Shown: positions 1 through 8,947 of the stretch, in pieces | Position numbering within the stretch: position 1 is the first letter of the stretch | Layout of the letters: every line of letters starts with the position of its first letter | Source: Verrucomicrobiales bacterium | GTDB taxonomy: Bacteria > Verrucomicrobiota > Verrucomicrobiia > Limisphaerales > UBA1100 | NCBI GenBank assembly: GCA_005809105.1 | Contig: SYLI01000021.1 | Location: 245 to 64,244, forward strand | Direction of reading: 5' to 3' | Length of the DNA stretch: 64,000 nucleotides | Notes under the pieces: generated by a model | The model's database searches: none | What the model saw: the letters and a program-made list of their open reading frames with translations, nothing else | What the model was told of the DNA's origin: nothing | Made by a program: the position numbers and the translations under genes

Positions 1-21
1 GCGGGCAAGGCCGGCAGCCAG

Positions 22-2208
22 ATGGCACTCGCAGCGGCTACTTCCGCATCGTCCAATTTGGATCGTGCGCTGCCCGCAGGTGGTTCCACGATGGCGGCTG
101 TAACGGCTGCGCGTGTGGCAAATCAGTCCCTCGCCACCAACTCCGCACCTGCGCGCCTGCCCACTGGATTGGGTGGGAAGCTGGCTGCCCTTGATCCGGT
201 TCAGCTTCCTTCGGCCGATGCTGTATCGGTGGCCACTGCGGCAGGTGCAACAACTTTGGAAGGATCACAGACCGGGGCTGAAAAGGGTCACTCACTCGCC
301 AAGGCGATACCCGGCGCGACGGCGTTGGCCGCAAAAGGTGCGACGAGTTCCGCCCAGACGGGCGCCGACTTGGCGGGCAAGGCGTCGGCGCCAGATTTGG
401 GTGTCCTAGTGGCGACCGGTGGCGGTGTACGCACGCAGAAAACGGCGACATTGAAACCTCAAGCCAATACTCTTTCGCCTGCCACGGGTGCCATGAACCA
501 GTTGGCGCAGGCGGTGGTGCTGGCGGGTTCGCAGCAGGTTTCGCTGGAGGGAATGCAGCCCAGCCTGGCACCCAGCGATTCGCTGGCTGGGGTTTCGTCG
601 GGCCAGGCAGTGAATCCCGCGGCGCCATCCGGGCGTGCAGGTGCGCAGGCAGGCGTGTCCGGTGGGGCATTGCTGGCGATGGTGGATCAGAGGCAGTTGG
701 CCGGCCTCACGATGGCTCCGGCGCAGTCGCTGCCCGCTTCCTCAGCGGGGATGCCCGGAGCGCTCCAACGATTTGCTCAATCTCAGCAGTCGGCGCCGGG
801 GTTGGATCTGCCCTCACTGACGCTGGAGAAGCCCGGCGGGCAATCGCTCGTCGTGGCCAAGGGCGACCAGCCCCTTCGCGCGTCCAGCGGAGGTGCAGGG
901 CCAGTTGCATCATCCTCTGTCTTACCGGCGGCAGGCGCGCCCATGGCGGCGCTGGGCCCGCCGGCCTCGGTGTTGGCGCGTGTGCAGGACATCCAGCTGG
1001 CGAAGGCCAATGCCGATGTGAGCCTTGGCTTTAATGCGCGGCCGATGGCGCAACTCTCCCCGGCCAATGACGTGTTGACCTTGCCCGACTTGGGCCTGCC
1101 CACGGGGCTGAAGCTGGAGGCGCCCTTGCGCGGTCCCGATCCCCTGGTGCTGCGGCACGACCCCAAGAAGCGCGTAGAGTTTATCGAGCGACTGGGAGGC
1201 AATCCCGAAACGGAAAAGGCGGTGATGCGCGCGCTGGACTGGTTTACGCGCAATCAGGAACCCAACGGCAGCTGGGATGGGCCGGGCGACCACGACGTGG
1301 CCGCGACGGGCATGGCCATGCTGGCGTACATGGGTTGGGGCGCCAAGCACACCGCGGCGGGGCCGTATCAGGCTTCGCTGGAGAAGGGGATCAACTGGAT
1401 GGTGCAGCATGTGGAGAAGGGCGGCGACCTGCGTCCCACCAAGGGCGGAAACCACATGTACGATCACGGCATCGCCGCCATCGCGATGGCGGAGGCCTAC
1501 AGCCTCACCAAGGACGCGCGCCTGCGCCCGGTGGTGGAGCGCATCGTTAAGTTCACCGCCGATGCTCAGAACCCGCGCACCGGCGGCTGGCGCTATCGCC
1601 CGGCCGGAGAGCAGGGCTACAACGACCGTGGCGACGTGTCTGTGACAGGGTGGCAGATCATGGCCCTCAAGAGCGCGGAGCTGGGCGGGATCCCCGTGCC
1701 CTCCCAGACCTTCGAGCGCGCGAAAGTTTTCATGGAGAGCGCGTCCGGCGGCCGCAACAAGGGCGTGTATGGGTATTACACTCCCAGCGATCCCACGCCC
1801 GCGATGGTGGCTGAGGGCATGTTTGTGCAGCAGTTGCTTGGAGTGCAGCCGACCCATCCGCGCATGGCAGAATCTGTTGCCTGGCTGGAGCGCGAGATGC
1901 CCTCACCGCACCAGGTGAGCTACAACTATTATTTCTGGTACTATGGCTGTCTGGCCATGCACCAGCATCAGGGGCAGACGTGGGAGCGCTGGAACGCGCG
2001 CCTTCAGCCCATCCTTCTGCGTGCGCAGATTGATCGGCCCAACCGCCCCGACCAGCACGGCAGCTGGGATCCGGTGGGCCAATGGGGCAGCAACGCCGGT
2101 CGCTGCGTGGTGACGGCAATGGCGGCGCTCTCCTTGGAAGTGTACTATCGCTACCTGCCGCTCTACACGCCGGCTTGGGCCGAAGCTCCTGCGGAGCAGC
2201 GAAAGTAA
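22..2208 (+). CDS. Envelope/secreted protein: ~370-aa Ala/Ser/Gly/Pro-rich low-complexity N-terminal half plus C-terminal prenyltransferase/squalene-oxidase-repeat (terpene-cyclase-like alpha/alpha toroid) domain; possibly 5'-partial
   Basis: 728-aa ORF. The frame is open from nt 1 to the ATG at 22, so the start may lie upstream of the window. The C-terminal part has recurring aromatic/Gly toroid-repeat motifs (NGSWDG, TGGWRY, DVSVTGWQIMAL, HGSWDPVGQWG). Confidence 0.7.
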   Translation: MALAAATSASSNLDRALPAGGSTMAAVTAARVANQSLATNSAPARLPTGLGGKLAALDPVQLPSADAVSVATAAGATTLEGSQTGAEKGHSLAKAIPGATALAAKGATSSAQTGADLAGKASAPDLGVLVATGGGVRTQKTATLKPQANTLSPATGAMNQLAQAVVLAGSQQVSLEGMQPSLAPSDSLAGVSSGQAVNPAAPSGRAGAQAGVSGGALLAMVDQRQLAGLTMAPAQSLPASSAGMPGALQRFAQSQQSAPGLDLPSLTLEKPGGQSLVVAKGDQPLRASSGGAGPVASSSVLPAAGAPMAALGPPASVLARVQDIQLAKANADVSLGFNARPMAQLSPANDVLTLPDLGLPTGLKLEAPLRGPDPLVLRHDPKKRVEFIERLGGNPETEKAVMRALDWFTRNQEPNGSWDGPGDHDVAATGMAMLAYMGWGAKHTAAGPYQASLEKGINWMVQHVEKGGDLRPTKGGNHMYDHGIAAIAMAEAYSLTKDARLRPVVERIVKFTADAQNPRTGGWRYRPAGEQGYNDRGDVSVTGWQIMALKSAELGGIPVPSQTFERAKVFMESASGGRNKGVYGYYTPSDPTPAMVAEGMFVQQLLGVQPTHPRMAESVAWLEREMPSPHQVSYNYYFWYYGCLAMHQHQGQTWERWNARLQPILLRAQIDRPNRPDQHGSWDPVGQWGSNAGRCVVTAMAALSLEVYYRYLPLYTPAWAEAPAEQRK

Positions 2209-2241
2209 GGGCGTCCTAGGCGCCTGCCACGCCCAGCCAAA

Positions 2242-3540
2242 TCACACACCCTTTGGCGTTGCCCAATGCTCGCGGTATTGGCGCCGCACCAGTTGATTGG
2301 CGGCATCATCCCCCACAACCTGCTCCTTCACGGGATCAAATTGCACCGTGCGTCCAACGCGGATGGCGATGTTGCCCAAGTGACAGAGAGAAGATGAAAG
2401 GTGGCCGATCTCGATGTCGGCGCGGGGGCGCGCACCACTCACGATGCACTCAAAAAAGTTGGCATGATGGGCGGGAAGATCCGGCCCGCCCGGGCCTGTC
2501 TTCACCACCTCGTTGCCCGCAAAGAGCTTCCAGCCACTCTTCTTGCCCAGAAGCATATGGCCCTTGGTGCCGTAGTAGGCGCAACCGTTCTCATGCCCTT
2601 CCAGCACGTAGGGCGACCAGATGCGCATCTCAAAAATAAGCTGGCGCGTGCGGCCCTTGGCGTCCGGGGCGTACTCGAAGAGCACATTCTGGGTGTCGGG
2701 CCACTGCATGTCGTCGTCAAAAAAGTACTTTCCCCCCATTGCGCAAATCCGCGACGGATGGGTCTCTACGCCCAGCCCCCAGCGCGCGATGTCGATGTCA
2801 TGCACCCCGTCGTTGCCAAAGTCGCCCGTGCCAAAGGCGTGCCACCAGCGCCAGATTCCCGGCAGCAGGTTGGGACGGAAAGGAACCATGGGCGCGGGTC
2901 CAATCCACGACTCGTAGTCCAGACTGGCGGGCGGCTGGCCCGGCTGCGACTTGCCGATGCTGCCGCGGCGCTGGCTGTTCCAGGCCTTGGCGACGAGGAT
3001 TTCGCCGATCGCGCCACCGTGCAGCAGATCCATCGCCTCGCGGATGCCCGCGGCACTGCGAGTCTGGGTGCCCATCTGCACCACGCACTGGTTGCGCCGG
3101 GCGCTTTCGATCATGAGCCTGCCCTCGCGCAGGTTGTGCGACGCGGGCTTCTCCACATACACATGCTTGCCGGCGTCGCAGGCGAGAATCGTGGCGGGCG
3201 CGTGCCAGTGGTCGGGCGTGGCGATGAACACCGCATCCACCGACTTGTCCTCCAGCACGCGGCGCAGGTCGCCCACGGCCTTGGGTGCCGCGCCCTTGAG
3301 CTTCTCGACGCTCCTGGCGGCCGCAGCCAGCCGGTTGGAATCCACATCGCACACGTAGGCGATGTCCACTTTGGGATTGGCGCCCAGCGCGCTCAGGTGC
3401 GCACTGCCCATGCCGCCGGGCCCAATGATGCCGACGGTAAAGCGGCCATTGACGTTGGCGGCGCGCCCAGCGGAGAACGTGGCCGCCGCTGCGGCGAAGG
3501 TTCCGGTGCGCTGGATGAACTGGCGGCGCGTGGTCTTCAT
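2242..3540 (-). CDS. Gfo/Idh/MocA-family NAD(P)-dependent oxidoreductase with twin-arginine (TAT) signal
   Basis: Start trimmed to MKTTRRQFIQRTGTFAAAAATFSAGRA (TAT motif RRQF). Rossmann motif GIIGPGGMGSAH; EKP motif (VYVEKP). Confidence 0.85.
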   Translation of the reverse strand: MKTTRRQFIQRTGTFAAAAATFSAGRAANVNGRFTVGIIGPGGMGSAHLSALGANPKVDIAYVCDVDSNRLAAAARSVEKLKGAAPKAVGDLRRVLEDKSVDAVFIATPDHWHAPATILACDAGKHVYVEKPASHNLREGRLMIESARRNQCVVQMGTQTRSAAGIREAMDLLHGGAIGEILVAKAWNSQRRGSIGKSQPGQPPASLDYESWIGPAPMVPFRPNLLPGIWRWWHAFGTGDFGNDGVHDIDIARWGLGVETHPSRICAMGGKYFFDDDMQWPDTQNVLFEYAPDAKGRTRQLIFEMRIWSPYVLEGHENGCAYYGTKGHMLLGKKSGWKLFAGNEVVKTGPGGPDLPAHHANFFECIVSGARPRADIEIGHLSSSLCHLGNIAIRVGRTVQFDPVKEQVVGDDAANQLVRRQYREHWATPKGV

Positions 3541-3544
3541 GAGG

Positions 3545-4495
3545 TCACTGCTTTCCAACCTTGGAGGACTTCCCGGCGGTGGGGAAACCGGGGGGGAGGG
3601 ACTGGGTCACCGCGCCGGTTGCCAGCCACTCGCAGGCGCGGTCCAGCGTGGCGAGGAATCCGACGCACTGCAGCGACTGGCCGTTCTCATGGCCCATCGG
3701 CGTGTGGAAGGTGATGCCCTTGCCGTAGCGGATGACCATCATCATGGGCTCGTGGCGCCGGGTCTTCTCGCACCAGGCCGTCGCCAGCACATCCATGTTT
3801 TCCGCGGGACCCCGCAGCGAGTCGTACAGCTCGTCCTGTGCGTGCTTCCATTGCGCGGGCATTCCCCGGGTGATGGGATGGTCGGCCTTGCGGATTTGCA
3901 CCACGAATTCATGCTGGGCCCCGTGGCTGCCGCCGGCGCCCTTGCTGGTGTCGCGCACCTCCTTGCCCTCGCCGTCATAGTACACGTACGGGCCGTGCTT
4001 CTCGGTACGGCCGCCCCAGCCGCCCAAGCCAATCATCTTGTTGTACTCGCCCCAGTTGGGAAACGAATTGTCGGCGGCGTGAACGCAAACAAAGCGGCCG
4101 CCCTCGCGCATGTATTTCTCAAAGGCGGTCTGGACGGGCGCGGGCCAGTCCTCGCCATTGTAGTTGCTCAACACCACGCCGTAGCGGGCGAAGTCCGGAC
4201 GAAACGCGTCCCATTTCGCCGCAAACTGTTTGCGAAGTTGTGCGGCGGCTGCTTCCGCCTTGGCCTTGAGTTCGGCACTCACCGCCTTGGGCGGCGAGGG
4301 CAGTTGCGCCGGCGTGGTGGCCACGTCCACCTGATAGCGGCCCGACCCTTCCAGCTGCGCCTTCATGAAAGGCGTCATCGCCTTCCAGTTGTGGTTGTTC
4401 TGCCCGTCCACAATCAACACTTTGATGGGGGCGGCGGCGGTTGAAACGCTGGCAGAGGCCAGCAACATGAGAAGCAGTTTTCCGATGGGGTTCAT
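3545..4495 (-). CDS. ThuA-domain (trehalose-utilisation-like, class I glutamine amidotransferase-like fold) secreted protein
   Basis: Signal peptide MNPIGKLLLMLLASASVSTAAA followed by IKVLIVDGQNNHNW... . Overall ThuA-like layout. Lies 4 nt upstream of the oxidoreductase gene on the same strand. Confidence 0.75.
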   Translation of the reverse strand: MNPIGKLLLMLLASASVSTAAAPIKVLIVDGQNNHNWKAMTPFMKAQLEGSGRYQVDVATTPAQLPSPPKAVSAELKAKAEAAAAQLRKQFAAKWDAFRPDFARYGVVLSNYNGEDWPAPVQTAFEKYMREGGRFVCVHAADNSFPNWGEYNKMIGLGGWGGRTEKHGPYVYYDGEGKEVRDTSKGAGGSHGAQHEFVVQIRKADHPITRGMPAQWKHAQDELYDSLRGPAENMDVLATAWCEKTRRHEPMMMVIRYGKGITFHTPMGHENGQSLQCVGFLATLDRACEWLATGAVTQSLPPGFPTAGKSSKVGKQ

Positions 4496-4564
4496 GGCTT
4501 GATTGAGGGTTTCATTGAAAGTGTAGAGCCCTGCCCCGACAGGCGCAACGGAGATTCTCCCATG

Positions 4565-6895
4565 TTAACGGAGAAGCGGGAGCATCCGCCGGGCCTCGTC
4601 CAGCAGGAAGTCCACGGACATGAAGGGCTCGTAACCCGCATGCCGCCAGCGGACACGGCCATTGGGGTCGATGAGCACGGTCGCATGAAGCGGCACCGAC
4701 TCAAAATCGTCATGGGCGCGGTAGGCTCTGAAGACCTTGAGTTCGCCGTCGCTGAGCATCCGGAACGGGAAGGGCCTGCGCTCGAGGATGGAGCCGGCAA
4801 ACGTCTGCTGGATGGCCGCGCCGTCATCGGGACTGATGGCGGCGATATCCACACCCAGCGCCGCAAACCGCGCGCTCGCCGCCGCGACTGCGTTGAGCTG
4901 GCCCATGCAGTGCGCGCAGCCGTTGCCCAGATAAAACACCAGCAGCAGCCCGCGACCACGGTGTTCCGCCAGTGAGTGCAAGGCACCCTTGCCATCGGGC
5001 AGCGTCCAGTCTGGAGCCGGCGTGGGCTGCCAGCGCAGGGGCCCGAGCGTTTCCATCTTAGGGAGCGCGCCCAAGTCCGGATGGGGCCCGCCTTTCAATC
5101 GCCAATCGTCCGGGAGATGGAGGGATTTGGCGATGGGATTGAGCCTCGCAAATGCCGGCGCGGCAGGATCCAGCCAAGGCGCGATTTGGCGCAGCTTCTG
5201 AAACGTGGACTGCGCCCCCGTTGCGTTCCCCGCCTCGTTGAGCACGTGTGCCTGGATGGCCAAGTGGCGCGCCTGATCGGGATTAGATTTAACGGACTGT
5301 TCGGCCAGCCGCATCGCCTCGGTGGCATTGCCCGCGCGCGAGTAGTAGAGCGCCTTGCGGTCGGGGGGAAGGTCTCCTCCTTTGGCCAGATGGGTGCGCG
5401 CCTCTTCCCATTGTCCGCTGGTCATGGCGCGGTGCAACTTGCATTCATGAATGGCTGGATCGAGCACGCGAAGGGCGTTGTCAAATGGGCGCTCGGCATT
5501 GCTGCGGGCGGCCGTCCACTCGGGCTGCTTTTTCCCGGCGGCCTTGGCGTCGGCCTCCGCCTTGTCGCCGGCGGCGGTCTTCTTCTTTTGCTGATCCTGC
5601 TGCGCACTTTCCAATTCGGAGAGCAGGCGCCCTGCGGTGTCCCGGTCGCCCTGCTGATTTCTCTGGAAGCGCGCGCACGCCAGGAGCCGCATCGCGGGGG
5701 TGCGCTCGGCAATGTCGCCCTCGGCGCGCAGGTAAGGCGTTCCCTCCAGAGCCAGTGCCTGGTTCCACAGCTCGTAGTGGGAGAGCAGCTCCATGAGATG
5801 GCGGCGGCCGTAGGCGTGGCTGGTGCGAGCGGGGATGGACCAGGTGCCGTTGGTGCGCACTTCGGGCAGGCGGGGCAGTTCCACCATGTTCTTCGCCAGC
5901 GCGATGGCGTCGCCCACACGCCCGGCAAAGCTCAGATTGCGCGTGAGCCATTCGTTGTTGTGCGCGTAATTGTGAATCTCATCGGGCAGAATGCCATCGC
6001 GCATCTGATAGGCATGATCTACGCGAGCGGAAGCCTCTTGCATCAGTGCTGCGTCGTGGTAGCGGTTGAGGCGCGAAAGGATGTGCCCGGGCATGTGCCA
6101 CATGTGGGCGATGCTGGGGCTGGAAGGGCCGCACTGGCCGACGGCTCCCAGCGCCTTCTTGGGTTCCTTGTAATCCCAGAGGTGAATCCGGTAGTGGTGG
6201 CACGGATGTAGCGGGTTCACCTTGAGGATGGAATCAATCTGGGCATCGACGACCTCATGCTGGCGGGCTCCCAGTTGGTTGTCGCTGTACTGCTGCAGCG
6301 CGAGAAACGCCTTGGCCTCGAGGTCTGCGGGGTGCTTCTCGGAAAGAGCCTGCAGCCCCTTGAGGTAGGCGGCATTGGCCTTTTTCTTGTCGGCAGCTTC
6401 TTCGCGGTGATAGGCCGCGAGCGCATCAATCCACATCTGTTCTCGTTCGCTGACACGGCCGCGGCCAGCGGCAGCCTTTGCAACGAACTCCTTGGCGCGT
6501 TTGCCATTCCCTCCGTTGGCCATCGCCAAGCCCCAATAGGCCATGACGCAGCCCGGATCACACAAGAGCACCTGGCGGAACGACCGCTCGGCTTCGAAGT
6601 ACCAGAAGCCGTGAAGTTGACCGACGCCTTGATTAAAGAACTGCTGGGCCTGTGTGTTCTGCGTGGTGATGGGAAAATGCACATCCCCACATCCACCCAT
6701 GAGGCGCGCCGCCTGCCGCGGGCCCTCGTTAAACGCAGCACCGTGCCACGCGTGGCCGGGCTGCGGCCCGGGTTGATCCACCGTCCTGGGAGGGAGGGGC
6801 GGGGTCGAAGGCGGCCCCTCCTGCGGCGAAACGCAGGCCGCAAAAAAAAGCGCGCCGCCAACCAACACCGCGAGCGATTCCCCAAAAGTCTTCAA
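4565..6895 (-). CDS. Lipoprotein with TPR-like helical repeat region fused to C-terminal thioredoxin-fold redoxin/AhpC-TSA domain (CxxC = CAHC)
   Basis: Lipobox-like LFFAAC near the N-terminus. Helical-repeat middle region. C-terminal LLLVFYLGNGCAHCMGQL...VLIDPNGRVRW is typical of redoxin domains. The TTG start overlaps the argC stop. Confidence 0.7.
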   Translation of the reverse strand: MKTFGESLAVLVGGALFFAACVSPQEGPPSTPPLPPRTVDQPGPQPGHAWHGAAFNEGPRQAARLMGGCGDVHFPITTQNTQAQQFFNQGVGQLHGFWYFEAERSFRQVLLCDPGCVMAYWGLAMANGGNGKRAKEFVAKAAAGRGRVSEREQMWIDALAAYHREEAADKKKANAAYLKGLQALSEKHPADLEAKAFLALQQYSDNQLGARQHEVVDAQIDSILKVNPLHPCHHYRIHLWDYKEPKKALGAVGQCGPSSPSIAHMWHMPGHILSRLNRYHDAALMQEASARVDHAYQMRDGILPDEIHNYAHNNEWLTRNLSFAGRVGDAIALAKNMVELPRLPEVRTNGTWSIPARTSHAYGRRHLMELLSHYELWNQALALEGTPYLRAEGDIAERTPAMRLLACARFQRNQQGDRDTAGRLLSELESAQQDQQKKKTAAGDKAEADAKAAGKKQPEWTAARSNAERPFDNALRVLDPAIHECKLHRAMTSGQWEEARTHLAKGGDLPPDRKALYYSRAGNATEAMRLAEQSVKSNPDQARHLAIQAHVLNEAGNATGAQSTFQKLRQIAPWLDPAAPAFARLNPIAKSLHLPDDWRLKGGPHPDLGALPKMETLGPLRWQPTPAPDWTLPDGKGALHSLAEHRGRGLLLVFYLGNGCAHCMGQLNAVAAASARFAALGVDIAAISPDDGAAIQQTFAGSILERRPFPFRMLSDGELKVFRAYRAHDDFESVPLHATVLIDPNGRVRWRHAGYEPFMSVDFLLDEARRMLPLLR

Positions 6896-8004
6896 AGCAA
6901 TCCGGCTGTCTCCTCAAACCCGCAGATCAGATTGAGGCTTTGGACGGCCTGTCCTCCGGCGCCCTTCACGATGTTGTCGATGGCACTCATCACCAGCAGC
7001 CGTCCGGTGCGCGGATCCAGTCGCCATGCGAGATCGAGAAAGTTGGTGCGCGCCACCTGCTTGGTATCGGGCAGCGCATCGCCGCAAAGGAGCCGCACGA
7101 AGGGTGCGTGCTCATAGGCGTTGTGATAGCAGCGGGTGATCCGCGCCGCCAATTCCGCCATTTCCAATTCCGTGTTGAAATGTTGTGCGGGCGCCAGATG
7201 CAGCGTGGTGAGGATGCCGCGACTCATGGGGATGAGGTGCGGGGTGAACTGCATGAGTACGGGCAAGCCCGCGGCCGCAGAGAGTTCCTGTTCCATTTCG
7301 GAGAGGTGGCGGTGCCGGGGCACGCTGTAGGGCCGCGCGCTCTCGTTGCACTCGACAAACAAATAGGGCAGTTCCGCCTTGCGCCCCGCACCGCTAACGC
7401 CGCTTAAGCTGGTGGCGATAATGCCCGTGGGTTTGACCAGTCCCTCACGCAGCAGAGGCAGCAGGGGCAGCAGCACGCTGGTGGGGTAGCAGCCGGGCGA
7501 CGCGACGAGCCGGGCGTTGCGGATGGCCGCCGCGTGAACCTCCGGCAGGCCATACACCGCCTCCGCCAGCAAATCCGGCGCGGGATGCGCCTGCCCATAA
7601 AATTGTTGGTAGACATCCGCCGACCGCAGTCGGAAGTCGGCCGAGAGATCGATGACTTTGCAGCCGCCATCCAACAGCGGCCGGGCGAACTCCGCTGCCA
7701 CTCCGTGGGGCAGGGCGAGGAACACCACAGACGCCGAAGCCATCAGATGTTCCGGCGTGGAATCGGTGAAGCGCAGAGACTTGGCGGCTGGATGCCCGGC
7801 AAACCACGGCAGCACCTGCGAGAGCGGCTTGCCGGCGTACTGGCGCGAGGTGAGTGCGCAAAGCTCCACATGCGGGTGCGCGAGCAGCAGGCGCACCAGC
7901 TCCTCGCCTGAGTAGCCCGAAGCTCCCACGACGGCGACACGAACCTTTTTGGCCGCGACAGGCACAGCGTTGTTCTCCGTTGTTTGCCGGGAAAATGAAA
8001 ACAA
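6892..8004 (-). CDS. argC: N-acetyl-gamma-glutamyl-phosphate reductase
   Basis: VAVVGASGYSGEELVRLL Rossmann N-terminus; catalytic-Cys motif ASPGCYPTS; 370 aa. Confidence 0.9.
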   Translation of the reverse strand: MFSFSRQTTENNAVPVAAKKVRVAVVGASGYSGEELVRLLLAHPHVELCALTSRQYAGKPLSQVLPWFAGHPAAKSLRFTDSTPEHLMASASVVFLALPHGVAAEFARPLLDGGCKVIDLSADFRLRSADVYQQFYGQAHPAPDLLAEAVYGLPEVHAAAIRNARLVASPGCYPTSVLLPLLPLLREGLVKPTGIIATSLSGVSGAGRKAELPYLFVECNESARPYSVPRHRHLSEMEQELSAAAGLPVLMQFTPHLIPMSRGILTTLHLAPAQHFNTELEMAELAARITRCYHNAYEHAPFVRLLCGDALPDTKQVARTNFLDLAWRLDPRTGRLLVMSAIDNIVKGAGGQAVQSLNLICGFEETAGLL

Positions 8005-8052
8005 AAAACCCGCGGGATAAGCCGCGGGTTCGAGACTTGATGACGCGTGCGG

Positions 8053-8454
8053 TTAACGCTTGCTGTACTGAAAGCGCTTGCGGGCACCGCGCTGGCCGTA
8101 CTTCTTGCGCTCGCGCTCGCGCGGATCGCGCGTCAGCAGACCCTCTGCCTTGAGTGCGGGCCGCAGTGTGGCGTCCACCTGCAGCAGAGCACGCGCAATG
8201 CCCAGACTCACCGCGACGGCCTGGCCGCTGGGGCCGCCGCCAATGACATTGACTCGGGCGTCAAATTTGTCGACCTGACCCGCTTCAACCAAGGGCCGCA
8301 TCGCGACGATGCGGTGATCCTCGACCGGAAAGTATCGCTGGAAAGGCCGACGGTTGATGGTGATCTTGCCGGTGCCCGACTTGAGCCGCACGCGCGCGCT
8401 CGCCGTCTTGCGACGGCCCGTGGCCAGAATTTCTCCCGTTTTCTTGTCGAGCAT
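8053..8454 (-). CDS. rpsI: 30S ribosomal protein S9
   Basis: GRRKTASARVRLKSGTGKITINRRP...; C-terminal KKYGQRGARKRFQYSKR. Confidence 0.95.
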   Translation of the reverse strand: MLDKKTGEILATGRRKTASARVRLKSGTGKITINRRPFQRYFPVEDHRIVAMRPLVEAGQVDKFDARVNVIGGGPSGQAVAVSLGIARALLQVDATLRPALKAEGLLTRDPRERERKKYGQRGARKRFQYSKR

Positions 8455-8455
8455 C

Positions 8456-8887
8456 TTAGTTCAGCGTCACAGGTTGCGGTTGCTGTGCGGCATAGGGATG
8501 GTCGCCACCCTTGAACACGCGCAGCTTGGTTAGCAGCCGATCGCTCAGGCGGTTTTTGGGAAGCATGCCCTTGACGGCATGCATCACCAGCCGCTCGGGA
8601 TGCGTGGCGCGCACTTGGGCCACCGTCTTGTACTTTTCACCACCACGCCAGCCCGAGTACGTCATGTACTCCTTATCCGTTTCCTTCCGGCCGGTGAGGC
8701 GAACCTTCTCGGCGTTGATCACCACGACAAAGTCGCCGGCGTCCAGATGAGGGGTGAAGATGGGTTTGTTGCGTCCTCGCAGGATGTTCGCCACGGCGCA
8801 CGCCAGACGGCCCAGAGATTTGCCGGTAGCGTCCACTAGGCGCCATTGGCGCCGCTGCAAGTCGATCTTTGGCAGGTAAGTCTTCAT
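8456..8887 (-). CDS. rplM: 50S ribosomal protein L13
   Basis: MKTYLPK...RQWRLVDATGKSLGRLA...HAVKGMLPKN. Start trimmed to the ATG at 8887. Lies 1 nt upstream of rpsI. Confidence 0.95.
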   Translation of the reverse strand: MKTYLPKIDLQRRQWRLVDATGKSLGRLACAVANILRGRNKPIFTPHLDAGDFVVVINAEKVRLTGRKETDKEYMTYSGWRGGEKYKTVAQVRATHPERLVMHAVKGMLPKNRLSDRLLTKLRVFKGGDHPYAAQQPQPVTLN

Positions 8888-8947
8888 GACCACTGAAAGC
8901 AAAGGGCGGCCAACCTAGCAAACCCGCATTCCAAGTCAACAGGCAAT

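Noticed and set aside
2401-4444. Long plus-strand ORFs (2401..3714, 3362..4444) opposite the oxidoreductase and ThuA genes; similar cases at 4976..6211, 8984..10006, 13132..14223, 23144..24163, 25702..26808, 31024..32169, 45138..46946
   Set aside because: Antisense shadows of confidently identified genes. Composition is biased to Arg/Ala/Gly/His, with no motifs.
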